Positions 44,287 through 52,237 of a DNA stretch of 64,000 bases are shown in pieces. A model generated the notes under the pieces. It made no database searches. It was not told the DNA's origin and worked only from the letters and a program-made list of their open reading frames with translations. The stretch spans positions 9,462 through 73,461 of the forward strand of contig JAFXTS010000015.1 in assembly GCA_017535665.1 (NCBI GenBank). Reading direction: 5' to 3'. The first letter of the stretch is position 1. Each line of letters begins with the position of its first letter. The translations under genes and the position numbers were made by a program. Source of the stretch: Bacteroidales bacterium (GTDB lineage: Bacteria; Bacteroidota; Bacteroidia; Bacteroidales; WCHB1-69).

Positions 44287-45057
44287 TTAAGGCTCCAATG
44301 ATTTGGCCTGCTGCCACAGTTGTTCCATCTCGTCAAGATTAAGCTCTGCGATGGAGCGGCCTTGTTCGCGGGCAGTGTCTTCAATGTATTTGAACCTTCT
44401 GATAAATTTCTTGTTGGTCTTTTCCAAAGCGTCTTCCGGGTGAATGCCACTGTGGCGGGCGTAGTTGATGAGCGCAAACATTAGATCGCCAAACTCCTCT
44501 TCTCTCTTTTCAGTGTCGTTGTTCATCTCCGCCTTAAACTCGGCCATCTCCTCCTCCACCTTGTCCCACACTTGGTTAGCATCGTCCCAGTCGAAACCCA
44601 CCCCGTGGGCTTTGTCCTGTATGCGGTAGGCTTTCACCATGGCCGGCAGCGATTGTGGCACACCGCCCAACACAGATCGGTTGCCCTCTTTCAGCTTGAT
44701 TTTTTCCCAATTCACCTTCACATCTTCCGCATTGTCCACGTGAGTAGTGCTGAAAATGTGGGGATGCCGGCGAATCAGCTTTTCGCAGATGCCATTGAGC
44801 ACATCTGTAATGTTGAAAAGATGCTGTTCATCCGCTATTTTACTATAGAAAACAAGATGAAGCATTAGGTCGCCGAGCTCGCCACGCATGTCATCGGTTT
44901 TATTCTCTAAGATGGCATCTGTGAGCTCGTAGGTCTCTTCGATGGTAAGGCAGCGAAGCGTTTCAAAGGTCTGTTTCTTGTCCCACGGGCATTTCAGACG
45001 CAGCTCGTCCATAATATCGAGCAGACGTTTGAAAGCTTCTAAGCGGGGATCTTCCAT
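44287..45057 (-). CDS. mazG: nucleoside triphosphate pyrophosphohydrolase MazG
   Basis: Tandem MazG domains (CPWDKKQTFETLRCLTIEETYELTDAI, GDLMLHLVFYSK, EEFGDLMFALINYAR). Confidence 0.9.
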   Translation of the reverse strand: MEDPRLEAFKRLLDIMDELRLKCPWDKKQTFETLRCLTIEETYELTDAILENKTDDMRGELGDLMLHLVFYSKIADEQHLFNITDVLNGICEKLIRRHPHIFSTTHVDNAEDVKVNWEKIKLKEGNRSVLGGVPQSLPAMVKAYRIQDKAHGVGFDWDDANQVWDKVEEEMAEFKAEMNNDTEKREEEFGDLMFALINYARHSGIHPEDALEKTNKKFIRRFKYIEDTAREQGRSIAELNLDEMEQLWQQAKSLEP

Positions 45058-45080
45058 GGGAAATCTTTTAAAAAAAAGAG

Positions 45081-45153
<73 letters not shown>

Positions 45154-45186
45154 ATGGGGTTGACGGGCAACCCAGTATTATGAAAT

Positions 45187-45654
45187 TTATTTTTTATCGC
45201 AGCAGCCTTCTTTCTTATCTTTATCGCAGCAGCCTTCTTTTTCGCCCTTGCAGCATTTCTCAGGCATCACAGCGTGTTTCCAATGAGCATTGTCGAACTC
45301 ATCGATGAGCGCTTTTTTACCAGCTTGGTCAGCAGCGGCAAAACCTTTCCACTTGGTTTGGAATTCCTGGATAGCCTGCTTTGCGTTGGGGCATTCCACT
45401 TTTTCCAAATCAACTTCTGCGAGAACTTTGGTGATGCAACCACCTTTTTTCTCAATCAGGGAAGCCTGTTCTTCTGCGGTGAGGTTATCGAAGTTGGCCC
45501 ATTTTTCCATCATCTCTTTGCAGCAGTCCTTCTTTTGGCATTCGGTCTGCTCGCACTGAGTCTTTTCTTCGTTGGCAACCTCTTCGGTTTTCTGATTGTT
45601 GCAAGCCACAAACATCATGCAGCAAGCGGTAAGCATCAAAAATAATTTCTTCAT
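45187..45654 (-). CDS. Cys-rich lipoprotein with CC-dipeptide repeats (possible metal binding)
   Basis: Lipobox MMFVAC. DCCKE, KCCKGEKEGCCDKDKKEGCCDKK tail encoded by a near-perfect tandem nucleotide repeat (45190-45245). The start was trimmed to MKKLFLML. Confidence 0.6.
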   Translation of the reverse strand: MKKLFLMLTACCMMFVACNNQKTEEVANEEKTQCEQTECQKKDCCKEMMEKWANFDNLTAEEQASLIEKKGGCITKVLAEVDLEKVECPNAKQAIQEFQTKWKGFAAADQAGKKALIDEFDNAHWKHAVMPEKCCKGEKEGCCDKDKKEGCCDKK

Positions 45655-45766
45655 TTTGTTGAAATTTTGATTCATAATTTAAGCGTGCAAAAATACACTT
45701 TTATTTCGGATTTTTAGGGGGGAAGAAAAAATTTTTTCTGAAAGCGAGGATATTGGAAATTTTTTG

Positions 45767-45774
45767 TATTTTTG
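45767..45774 (+). promoter_or_regulatory. -7 promoter motif TATTTTTG (tRNA-Cys)
   Basis: Matches TAnnTTTG, 12 nt upstream of tRNA position 1. Confidence 0.5.
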
Positions 45775-45786
45775 CAGCCTCAATCA

Positions 45787-45857
45787 GGTCGTGTGGCCGA
45801 ACAGTCAGGCACAGGTCTGCAAAACCTGCTAAAGCGGTGCGACTCCGCTCGCGACCT
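45787..45857 (+). tRNA. tRNA-Cys (anticodon GCA), atypical D- and T-loops
   Basis: Acceptor GGTCGTG/CGCGACC, anticodon arm CAGGT-CTGCAAA-ACCTG, T arm AGCGG-TGCGACT-CCGCT, discriminator U73. The D arm has only 3 bp, and its loop (G)AACAGTC(A) has no GG. It has its own TAnnTTTG motif (45767-45774) and a terminator (45864-45896). Confidence 0.7.
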
Positions 45858-45863
45858 CAACAA

Positions 45864-45896
45864 AACCTGTTGTATTTCAATGCAATAGGTTTTTTC
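45864..45896 (+). terminator. rho-independent terminator after tRNA-Cys
   Basis: AACCTGTTG-(10 nt)-CAATAGGTT stem followed by TTTTTT. Confidence 0.7.
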
Positions 45897-45901
45897 TTTT
45901 T

Positions 45902-46420
45902 ATGGATAAAATCTTCATAGTCGGTTTTTCTGGTGCGGGTAAAAGCACGGTTGGTAAGCGGTTGGCTTCGCGCTTGGGTTGGCAATTTTACGACACCGAT
46001 GCCTTCATAGAAAGCAAATATCATCTTTCCATTCCCGATTTTTTTGAAAAATATGGAGAAAATGCGTTTCGAATTTGCGAAAAAGCAGCTTTGAAGGAGT
46101 TACTCCACGAGCAGCAGGCCGTCATCGCTACGGGTGGTGGTACCCCCTGCTTTTTTGACAACATGGACGAGATGTTGCAGCATGGATTTGTGGTCTATTT
46201 GAAACTGTCTGCTCCATCGCTTTTTATCCGTTTGCAGCAATCGCACAAGGCACGTCCGCTCACCACCGGCAAAAACGATGCCCAATTGCTGGAGTATATC
46301 GAAACTACCTTACAGTTCCGCGAAACCTATTATAATAAAGCGCACTTCACCATGAAAGGCGAGAGTTTATCATTACCCTCTTTGGTGGAAATAGTGAAAG
46401 AAAAAGTTTTGGAAAAGTAG
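45902..46420 (+). CDS. aroK: shikimate kinase
   Basis: Walker A GFSGAGKSTVGKRLA, with FYDTD and GGGTP motifs. 172 aa. Confidence 0.9.
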   Translation: MDKIFIVGFSGAGKSTVGKRLASRLGWQFYDTDAFIESKYHLSIPDFFEKYGENAFRICEKAALKELLHEQQAVIATGGGTPCFFDNMDEMLQHGFVVYLKLSAPSLFIRLQQSHKARPLTTGKNDAQLLEYIETTLQFRETYYNKAHFTMKGESLSLPSLVEIVKEKVLEK

Positions 46421-46489
46421 CCCCGCCGGGAATCGAACCCGAATTTAAAGTTTAGGAAACTTTCGTTCTATCCATTGAACTACAAGGCC
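46418..46489 (-). tRNA. tRNA-Arg (anticodon CCT) with a G-U-rich acceptor stem
   Basis: D arm GTTC-AATGGATA-GAAC, anticodon arm AAAGT-TTCCTAA-ACTTT, T arm TCGGG-TTCGATT-CCCGG. The acceptor GGCCTTG/CGGGGCT pairs with three G-U wobbles, including 1-72. The 3' end overlaps the aroK stop codon on the opposite strand. Confidence 0.7.
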
Positions 46490-46553
46490 AATTTCAGGCT
46501 GCAAAAATACGCATTTTTTACATCCCCTGCTGCCGCACTTCCCCAAATTTCTG

Positions 46554-46561
46554 TATTTTTG
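46554..46561 (+). promoter_or_regulatory. -7 promoter motif TATTTTTG (ybeY-mnmG)
   Basis: Matches TAnnTTTG, 16 nt upstream of ATG 46577. Confidence 0.45.
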
Positions 46562-46576
46562 CCGAAATTTTTCGAT

Positions 46577-47002
46577 ATGGTACTTTTTCACTCCGAGACC
46601 CGTTTCCAACTTCGTCAGAAGATGACGTATAAAAAGTGGTTGACCGCCCTGGCCGCCACTCACGGAAAAAAGTTGGGCGACATCAATTACATCTTTTGTG
46701 ACGACAACTATCTGCTCCAACTCAATCTCCAGTATCTGCAGCACGATACCCTCACCGACATTATCACGTTCGACTATGTGGAGGGCGACCTCCTGAACGG
46801 CGATATCTATATCAGTGTGGAAAGGGTGCGCGAAAATGCCGAAATCTTCGGGGTGACTTTCGATGAAGAATTGCTTCGGGTTCTCGCTCACGGACTGCTC
46901 CACCTTTGCGGTTTCAAGGACAAGTCGAAGAAGGATGCGGCGGAAATGCGCCGCCAGGAAGCTGCAGCTATGACGCTTTTTCATAATTTATTAAATAATT
47001 GA
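46577..47002 (+). CDS. ybeY: rRNA maturation RNase YbeY
   Basis: Metal motif AHGLLHLCGFKD. The track ORF start at 46475 overlaps the tRNA, so I trimmed it to ATG 46577, which follows TATTTTTG (46554-46561). Confidence 0.9.
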   Translation: MVLFHSETRFQLRQKMTYKKWLTALAATHGKKLGDINYIFCDDNYLLQLNLQYLQHDTLTDIITFDYVEGDLLNGDIYISVERVRENAEIFGVTFDEELLRVLAHGLLHLCGFKDKSKKDAAEMRRQEAAAMTLFHNLLNN

Positions 47003-47022
47003 TAATCAATTTATTAAATAAA

Positions 47023-47036
47023 TTTTCACGTGAAAA
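47023..47036. promoter_or_regulatory. 14-bp perfect palindrome TTTTCACGTGAAAA overlapping the mnmG GTG start
   Basis: Exact sequence read at 47023-47036. An identical 14-mer lies at 49952-49965, and the 12-bp core TTTCACGTGAAA at 48399-48410. Confidence 0.5.
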
Positions 47037-48913
47037 CTGACACAAATTTTGATGTTTTGGTGGTGGGTGCTGGTCACGCGGGCTGTGAAGCCGCCGTGGC
47101 CGCCGCCAAGATGGGGGCCCGCACCCTGCTCGTGTCGATGAACCTCTACCTCGTCGCCCAGATGTCGTGCAACCCCGCCATCGGTGGCATCGCCAAAGGT
47201 CAGATCGTGCGCGAAATCGATGCCCTCGGTGGTATGTCCGGCATTGTGACCGACAATACCATGATCCAGTTCCGGATGCTCAACAGCTCGAAAGGTCCCG
47301 CCATGTGGAGCCCCCGCGCCCAGTGCGACAAACAACAGTTCACCCTCTTCTGGAAGTCCATCCTCGAAAACCAAGAGAACCTCTCCCTCCGCCAAGATAC
47401 CGTCACCGCCCTCGTCATCCGCGACAATGAGGTGTGCGGGGTGAAGACGATGCAGGGACAGACCATCACCGCCAGCAAAGTGATTATCACCGCCGGCACC
47501 TTCCTCAATGGCCGCATCCATATCGGGGAGGTCAACTTCTCAGGAGGCCGCCTCGGCGAAATGGCTGCCCCCCTCCTCTCCGACCAGCTGCAAGCCGCCG
47601 GCATCACCACCCGCAAACTCAAAACTGGCACCCCCGTCCGCATCGATGGACGCTCCGTTCACTTTGACCGCATGACACCACAGCCCGGCGACGAACAACC
47701 CGCCAAGTTCTCGTTCACAGATAGCCCTCCCCTCACCCACCAACTTCCCTGCTATATCACCTATACCAGCCCCGAAGTCCATGACATTCTGCGTACCGGA
47801 TTTGAAAAATCCCCCATGTTCCAAGGGCGCATACAAGGTGTAGGTCCGCGCTACTGCCCCTCCATCGAAGATAAGATAGAGCGCTTCGCCGACAAAGACC
47901 GCCACCAGCTCTTCCTCGAGCCCGAAGGAAGAAACACCCACGAGTACTACCTCAACGGCTTCTCCTCCTCCCTGCCCGAAGAGGTGCAGACGGAAGCCCT
48001 TCATCATCTTCCCGGACTTGAAGATGCCGTGGTGCTGAAACCCGGTTATGCTATCGAGTACGACTACTTCGACCCCACCCAGCTCCACTTCACCCTCGAA
48101 TCAAAGGTGCTGCCCAACCTCTATCTGGCCGGACAGGTCAACGGCACCACCGGCTACGAGGAGGCCGCCTGCCAAGGGTTGATGGCCGGCATCAACGCAG
48201 TGCTCTCCCTCCGCCACGAGCCACCCTTTATCCTTACCCGCAGTCAGGGCTACATCGGCGTTCTCATCGATGACCTCATCACGAAAGGCGTACAAGACCC
48301 CTATCGTATGTTCACCTCACGCGCCGAATACCGCATCTTGCTCCGCCAGGATAATGCCGATTACCGTCTCACGCCGCTCGGCTATCAGCACGGTCTGATT
48401 TCACGTGAAAGATATGAGGCCATGCAGCAGAAATATGCCGTTCAGAATAACATAGTGGAGTGCTTGAAAACAACCGCCGTCGCCCCTCACCAAATCAATG
48501 ACTATCTCAACCAAATTAACTCCCCTGCTCTTTCTCAAAAAGTGAAACTGGAAGTGCTGCTCCGCCGTCCGGAAATTCGTCTCGAAGACCTGCTCCAACA
48601 CATTCCCGAAATACAAGCGACTATTGCCGCCCTCACCTCCGACAAGCAATTGCTCCTTCAAGCCGAAACCGACATCAAGTATGCTTCTTATATCGAGAAG
48701 GAGGAAGAATTGGCCAAACGAATGGAGAATTTAGAAGGGGTGAAGCTGCCCGCCGATATCGAATACGATCCGCTTTCCTTCCTTTCAAAAGAGGCCCGCG
48801 AAAAACTGAATCGCATCCGGCCACTCAATCTCGGACAGGCTTCGCGCATCAGCGGAGTGAGTCCCGCCGACATTTCCGCTCTTCTTATCTTCCTCCATCA
48901 CTCTTCCAAGTGA
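47030..48913 (+). CDS. mnmG: tRNA uridine 5-carboxymethylaminomethyl modification enzyme MnmG (GidA)
   Basis: FAD motif [15 protein letters not shown] and conserved GidA blocks ([32 protein letters not shown]). GTG start; there is no in-frame ATG upstream. Confidence 0.96.
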   Translation: MKTDTNFDVLVVGAGHAGCEAAVAAAKMGARTLLVSMNLYLVAQMSCNPAIGGIAKGQIVREIDALGGMSGIVTDNTMIQFRMLNSSKGPAMWSPRAQCDKQQFTLFWKSILENQENLSLRQDTVTALVIRDNEVCGVKTMQGQTITASKVIITAGTFLNGRIHIGEVNFSGGRLGEMAAPLLSDQLQAAGITTRKLKTGTPVRIDGRSVHFDRMTPQPGDEQPAKFSFTDSPPLTHQLPCYITYTSPEVHDILRTGFEKSPMFQGRIQGVGPRYCPSIEDKIERFADKDRHQLFLEPEGRNTHEYYLNGFSSSLPEEVQTEALHHLPGLEDAVVLKPGYAIEYDYFDPTQLHFTLESKVLPNLYLAGQVNGTTGYEEAACQGLMAGINAVLSLRHEPPFILTRSQGYIGVLIDDLITKGVQDPYRMFTSRAEYRILLRQDNADYRLTPLGYQHGLISRERYEAMQQKYAVQNNIVECLKTTAVAPHQINDYLNQINSPALSQKVKLEVLLRRPEIRLEDLLQHIPEIQATIAALTSDKQLLLQAETDIKYASYIEKEEELAKRMENLEGVKLPADIEYDPLSFLSKEAREKLNRIRPLNLGQASRISGVSPADISALLIFLHHSSK

Positions 48914-49058
48914 TTTATCTCCTTGTAAACCAGTATTCCAAAGATTTATTTGCGATTTTAGCCCCTCTACCTCCCTTTTTTGATGCAAGGCTTCAAAATG
49001 TTGGTCTTTCCCAATATTCCCCCCAATTTTGTAAAGCATATTGTTTTTCAGCCATTTA

Positions 49059-49862
49059 TCAGCTGATGAATACCACGGGATTCTTTTTCTTGAATTCGAC
49101 CTTCCCGATAGAGTTTTGTCTCACAAAATCTCGCAGCGCCGGCGCAAATAGTCTGGACACCTTGAACGCCTTTTTGCGGATATAGATCGTATTCAGTTCC
49201 ATTTTCTCGATATGCATGACATTCACGATAACTGATTTGTTGATGCGGATGAAAAGATCTTCCGGCAGTTGCTGACCAAATTTCTTGAGCGTGGAGTTGT
49301 GGTAGGCTACCTTCCCCCGAATAGTTTCTACTTTGAGTGCTATTGGAGTGTTCATGATGAGCGCGATGTCCTCGATGGCCAGTTTGCTCTGTGTCTTCTT
49401 GTATTTCAGAAATACATTGGTGGGTGCTGGTTTCTTTTTGGTGTTGGCGCGATAGGTACTCTTCGGCTCATTGACCAAAAAGGTGGGTTCCGCCGATAAT
49501 GAATTATAAATGTTGAGCACTTTACTCATTTTTTTACAAAAGGTCTCTAAGTCTAATTTTGGCGAAAGATAGTCGAAAAACCCATTGTCTAACAATTCGG
49601 GTATTCTTAATTTATTGCTGGTGATGGCGAAAATGAAAGGAGGCCTATGCACCAATTTTAATGTTTCCAGCACATTAAATCGAGCATTATCTACACATAT
49701 AAACAGAATGCCAGGCCTCACCTTGTTCAGTGTCTCAATCATTTCGATATGATTGTTGAAAATGTTGGTGATTTCAAGCGAATCGAAAAAGTTGATTCTT
49801 TGTGTGATTTCCTTTAGAATGCGGGTGTCACCCGTCAAAATAGCACAGCTGATTTTTTTCAT
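49059..49862 (-). CDS. LytTR-family DNA-binding response-regulator-like protein (degenerate receiver)
   Basis: C-terminal LytTR domain (IALKVETIRGKVAYHNSTLKKFGQQLPEDLFIRINKSVIVNVMHIEKM). The N-terminal REC-like fold has the candidate acceptor FICVD and the T and K positions, but TGD in place of the usual acidic pair. No kinase gene is adjacent. The start was trimmed to ATG 49862. Confidence 0.7.
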   Translation of the reverse strand: MKKISCAILTGDTRILKEITQRINFFDSLEITNIFNNHIEMIETLNKVRPGILFICVDNARFNVLETLKLVHRPPFIFAITSNKLRIPELLDNGFFDYLSPKLDLETFCKKMSKVLNIYNSLSAEPTFLVNEPKSTYRANTKKKPAPTNVFLKYKKTQSKLAIEDIALIMNTPIALKVETIRGKVAYHNSTLKKFGQQLPEDLFIRINKSVIVNVMHIEKMELNTIYIRKKAFKVSRLFAPALRDFVRQNSIGKVEFKKKNPVVFIS

Positions 49863-49951
49863 AATGTAATAATGTGTTAAGATTGCCCACAAATTTAGCG
49901 ATTATTTTCTTTGAATATTCGACAATTTTCAAAAATCGTATTTGTGGTAGA

Positions 49952-49965
49952 TTTTCACGTGAAAA
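49952..49965. promoter_or_regulatory. 14-bp perfect palindrome TTTTCACGTGAAAA in the LytTR/comEC divergent intergenic region
   Basis: Exact sequence read at 49952-49965, identical to 47023-47036. Confidence 0.5.
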
Positions 49966-50110
49966 AAGTTCAATTTCACCCATATCTTTATTTCGCATGA
50001 TAAATCGACCATTTTTTCTTGTTTTTCTTCCATATTTGCAGAAATCATAGCCTTATTTTTTCACCCCCACTTTTTTTCTGTTTCGAGATTTCATTGTATC
50101 TTCGTAGTAA

Positions 50111-52204
50111 ATGCTTCTCACCATGAAAATCCGAAAGTTTCCTGTGCTCTATATGCTCCTTCCCTATCTTGCCGGTGTTCTATTGTCTTATTTCGTTATT
50201 GCATCTTCTCTTAATTTCTTGACATTCATCTTATTTAGTCTCTCCTTTCTCGCCATTGCTCTTCTTTGTCGTTTGGGGTTTCCTCGTTCTGCCCAACTTC
50301 CCGCAATGGGCGCACTCTGCTTCGCTTTCTTCCTTTTGGGCGCCCTTCTCACCAATGTGCATTACCGCCCACCTCATTTTTTGAGCGCTCAAAAAATGGT
50401 AGAAAAAAGCGAATATTTTACACTCCAAATCATCGAAAATCCCATAAAAAAAGAAAAAAGTGTCAAATTGATTGTAAAATTATGCGAAGATAGCGCCCAT
50501 CATCCCATGAAAACGAAAGCAGTTCTCTATCTGGAAAAATGTCCGCAAGCCCTCCAACTTCAATCAGGTGATATCCTCGCAGTGCATGCACATTTTAACG
50601 AAATCTCTCCTCCCATGAATCCGTATGCTTTTGACAATCAAAAGTATATGAGAAGAAAGGGGATCTATTTTACTGCCTATGCCTCCTCGCAGCAATGGAA
50701 ATATATCTCCCACTCCCCCATTCACCCCCTCCGCACGGCCGCCGCCAAAGTCCAACACCACTTCTCCACACTCTTCGCCCAAAACGGACTCCAAGGCGAT
50801 GAATACGCCGTCATCACAGCCGTGCTCCTCGGCAACGACGAGACCATGGAGCCCGATCTGAAAGCCCATTTCGCCTCCGCCGGCGTTAGCCATATCCTCT
50901 GCGTCTCAGGTATGCATGTGGGTATTATCTTCATGATTATCAATTTTTTACTAAAACCACTCGACCGCTTCCCCCGTATGCAAATCCTGAAAGCCATCAT
51001 CCTTCTGCTCACGATTTGGATCTACGCCCACATCACCGGCCTCGCCCCTTCTGTAAGAAGAGCGGCCACCATGTTCTCATTCGTCACCCTCGGCTCCCTC
51101 CTCCACCGACCCACCTCCATCTTTCATAGCCTGTTCGCTTCAATGTTTATCCTTCTACTATTCAACCCCTTGCTCTTCTTTGAAATCGGTTTCCAAATGA
51201 GTTATCTCGCCGTTTTTGGCATCGTCACCATACAACCCAAACTTGCCGGATTATGGACCCCTAAGTATAAAGTTATCAACTACTTCTGGGAATTAGCCAC
51301 CGTCTCTATCGCCGCCCAACTGGCCACCTTTCCCCTCTCTCTCTTCTATTTTGGACAGTTCCCCAACTACTTCCTCCTGGCCAACCTGTCGGTCATCTCC
51401 CTCTCCTTTGTTATCGTGATGACGGGTATCGCTCTGCTCGCTCTTTCGTGGCTCTCTCCTCTCTCCCGCCTTGTAGGTCAACTCCTTACGTACGAAATCA
51501 AACTTCTCAATGCTATCGTCACTGGCATTGAATCCCTCCCGGGCTCCGTCACCGAAAATATTACCGTCAGTTTCCTCCAGATGATGCTAATTTATGGCAT
51601 AATCTTGACCATTTTTCTTTACTGGAATAAAAAATCATTTCTACTCAAAACCCTTGCTCTATCTACGTTTCTCGCATTGGGCATCACCCTTTTCTTCGAT
51701 AAATATTTTTCAAAAAATCTCAACCAACTCACCTTTTATTCCATCGAGAAAATGAGCGCCGTTGAATGTAATGCCGGCACCCGTGGCGTTCTCCTTCTCG
51801 ACTCCGCGGCGCAAAATAACCCCAACGCTTACGAATTCAACATCCACAATCATGTGTGCCAGCAACATATTGAAAACAAGATAGTTTCATTGGATACCAA
51901 TACCTATTCCTGTCCTACCTTGGCCAAACAGGGCGCTTTTTTGCGTTTTGACACGCTTACGGTTTTCTTCCTTTCAGGCCGAGAATGGCTCTACCCTATG
52001 CCCCAGCCCATACAAGTGGATGTGCTCTGCCTTCAGCATAATCCCCGTATCCCGATGGGTAAGCTCCTCCAGACGGTGCAATTCCGTGAGCTACTGATAG
52101 ATGGGACCAATTTTCGCTATTGGGAGCAGCGATGGATCGACTCCTGCAAGGCCTATCATATCCCCTATCATTCTACTCGCCAAAATGGTTATTTTTCACT
52201 GTGA
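50111..52204 (+). CDS. comEC: ComEC/Rec2 family DNA internalisation channel protein
   Basis: 697 aa. Polytopic competence domain (GVSHILCVSGMHVGIIF and many TM helices) with N-terminal OB-like and C-terminal regions. An alternative start is ATG 50123. Confidence 0.85.
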   Translation: MLLTMKIRKFPVLYMLLPYLAGVLLSYFVIASSLNFLTFILFSLSFLAIALLCRLGFPRSAQLPAMGALCFAFFLLGALLTNVHYRPPHFLSAQKMVEKSEYFTLQIIENPIKKEKSVKLIVKLCEDSAHHPMKTKAVLYLEKCPQALQLQSGDILAVHAHFNEISPPMNPYAFDNQKYMRRKGIYFTAYASSQQWKYISHSPIHPLRTAAAKVQHHFSTLFAQNGLQGDEYAVITAVLLGNDETMEPDLKAHFASAGVSHILCVSGMHVGIIFMIINFLLKPLDRFPRMQILKAIILLLTIWIYAHITGLAPSVRRAATMFSFVTLGSLLHRPTSIFHSLFASMFILLLFNPLLFFEIGFQMSYLAVFGIVTIQPKLAGLWTPKYKVINYFWELATVSIAAQLATFPLSLFYFGQFPNYFLLANLSVISLSFVIVMTGIALLALSWLSPLSRLVGQLLTYEIKLLNAIVTGIESLPGSVTENITVSFLQMMLIYGIILTIFLYWNKKSFLLKTLALSTFLALGITLFFDKYFSKNLNQLTFYSIEKMSAVECNAGTRGVLLLDSAAQNNPNAYEFNIHNHVCQQHIENKIVSLDTNTYSCPTLAKQGAFLRFDTLTVFFLSGREWLYPMPQPIQVDVLCLQHNPRIPMGKLLQTVQFRELLIDGTNFRYWEQRWIDSCKAYHIPYHSTRQNGYFSL

Positions 52205-52225
52205 AAACGATTTCCAAAAAAAGTG

Positions 52226-52233
52226 TATATTTG
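52226..52233 (+). promoter_or_regulatory. -7 promoter motif TATATTTG (bamD operon); predicts a leaderless mRNA
   Basis: Matches TAnnTTTG. ATG 52238 begins 4-5 nt after the motif. Confidence 0.45.
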
Positions 52234-52237
52234 CAAG

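Noticed and set aside
45190-45245. Tandem nucleotide repeat, initially taken for a non-coding satellite.
   Set aside because: It lies in frame within the 3' end of the Cys-rich lipoprotein gene and encodes the KEGCCDK duplication. It is reported under that gene instead.
46475-46576. Track N-terminal extensions starting at TTG/GTG. The ybeY extension (46475) is one; others are at 2157, 12859, 13844, 16317, 29719, 31643, 33398, 37563, 39079, 49892, 52223, 53148, 61945 and 62015.
   Set aside because: The extensions run through a tRNA gene, a terminator or a TAnnTTTG promoter motif, or they precede an obvious signal peptide or a conserved family N-terminus. Internal ATGs were used instead.
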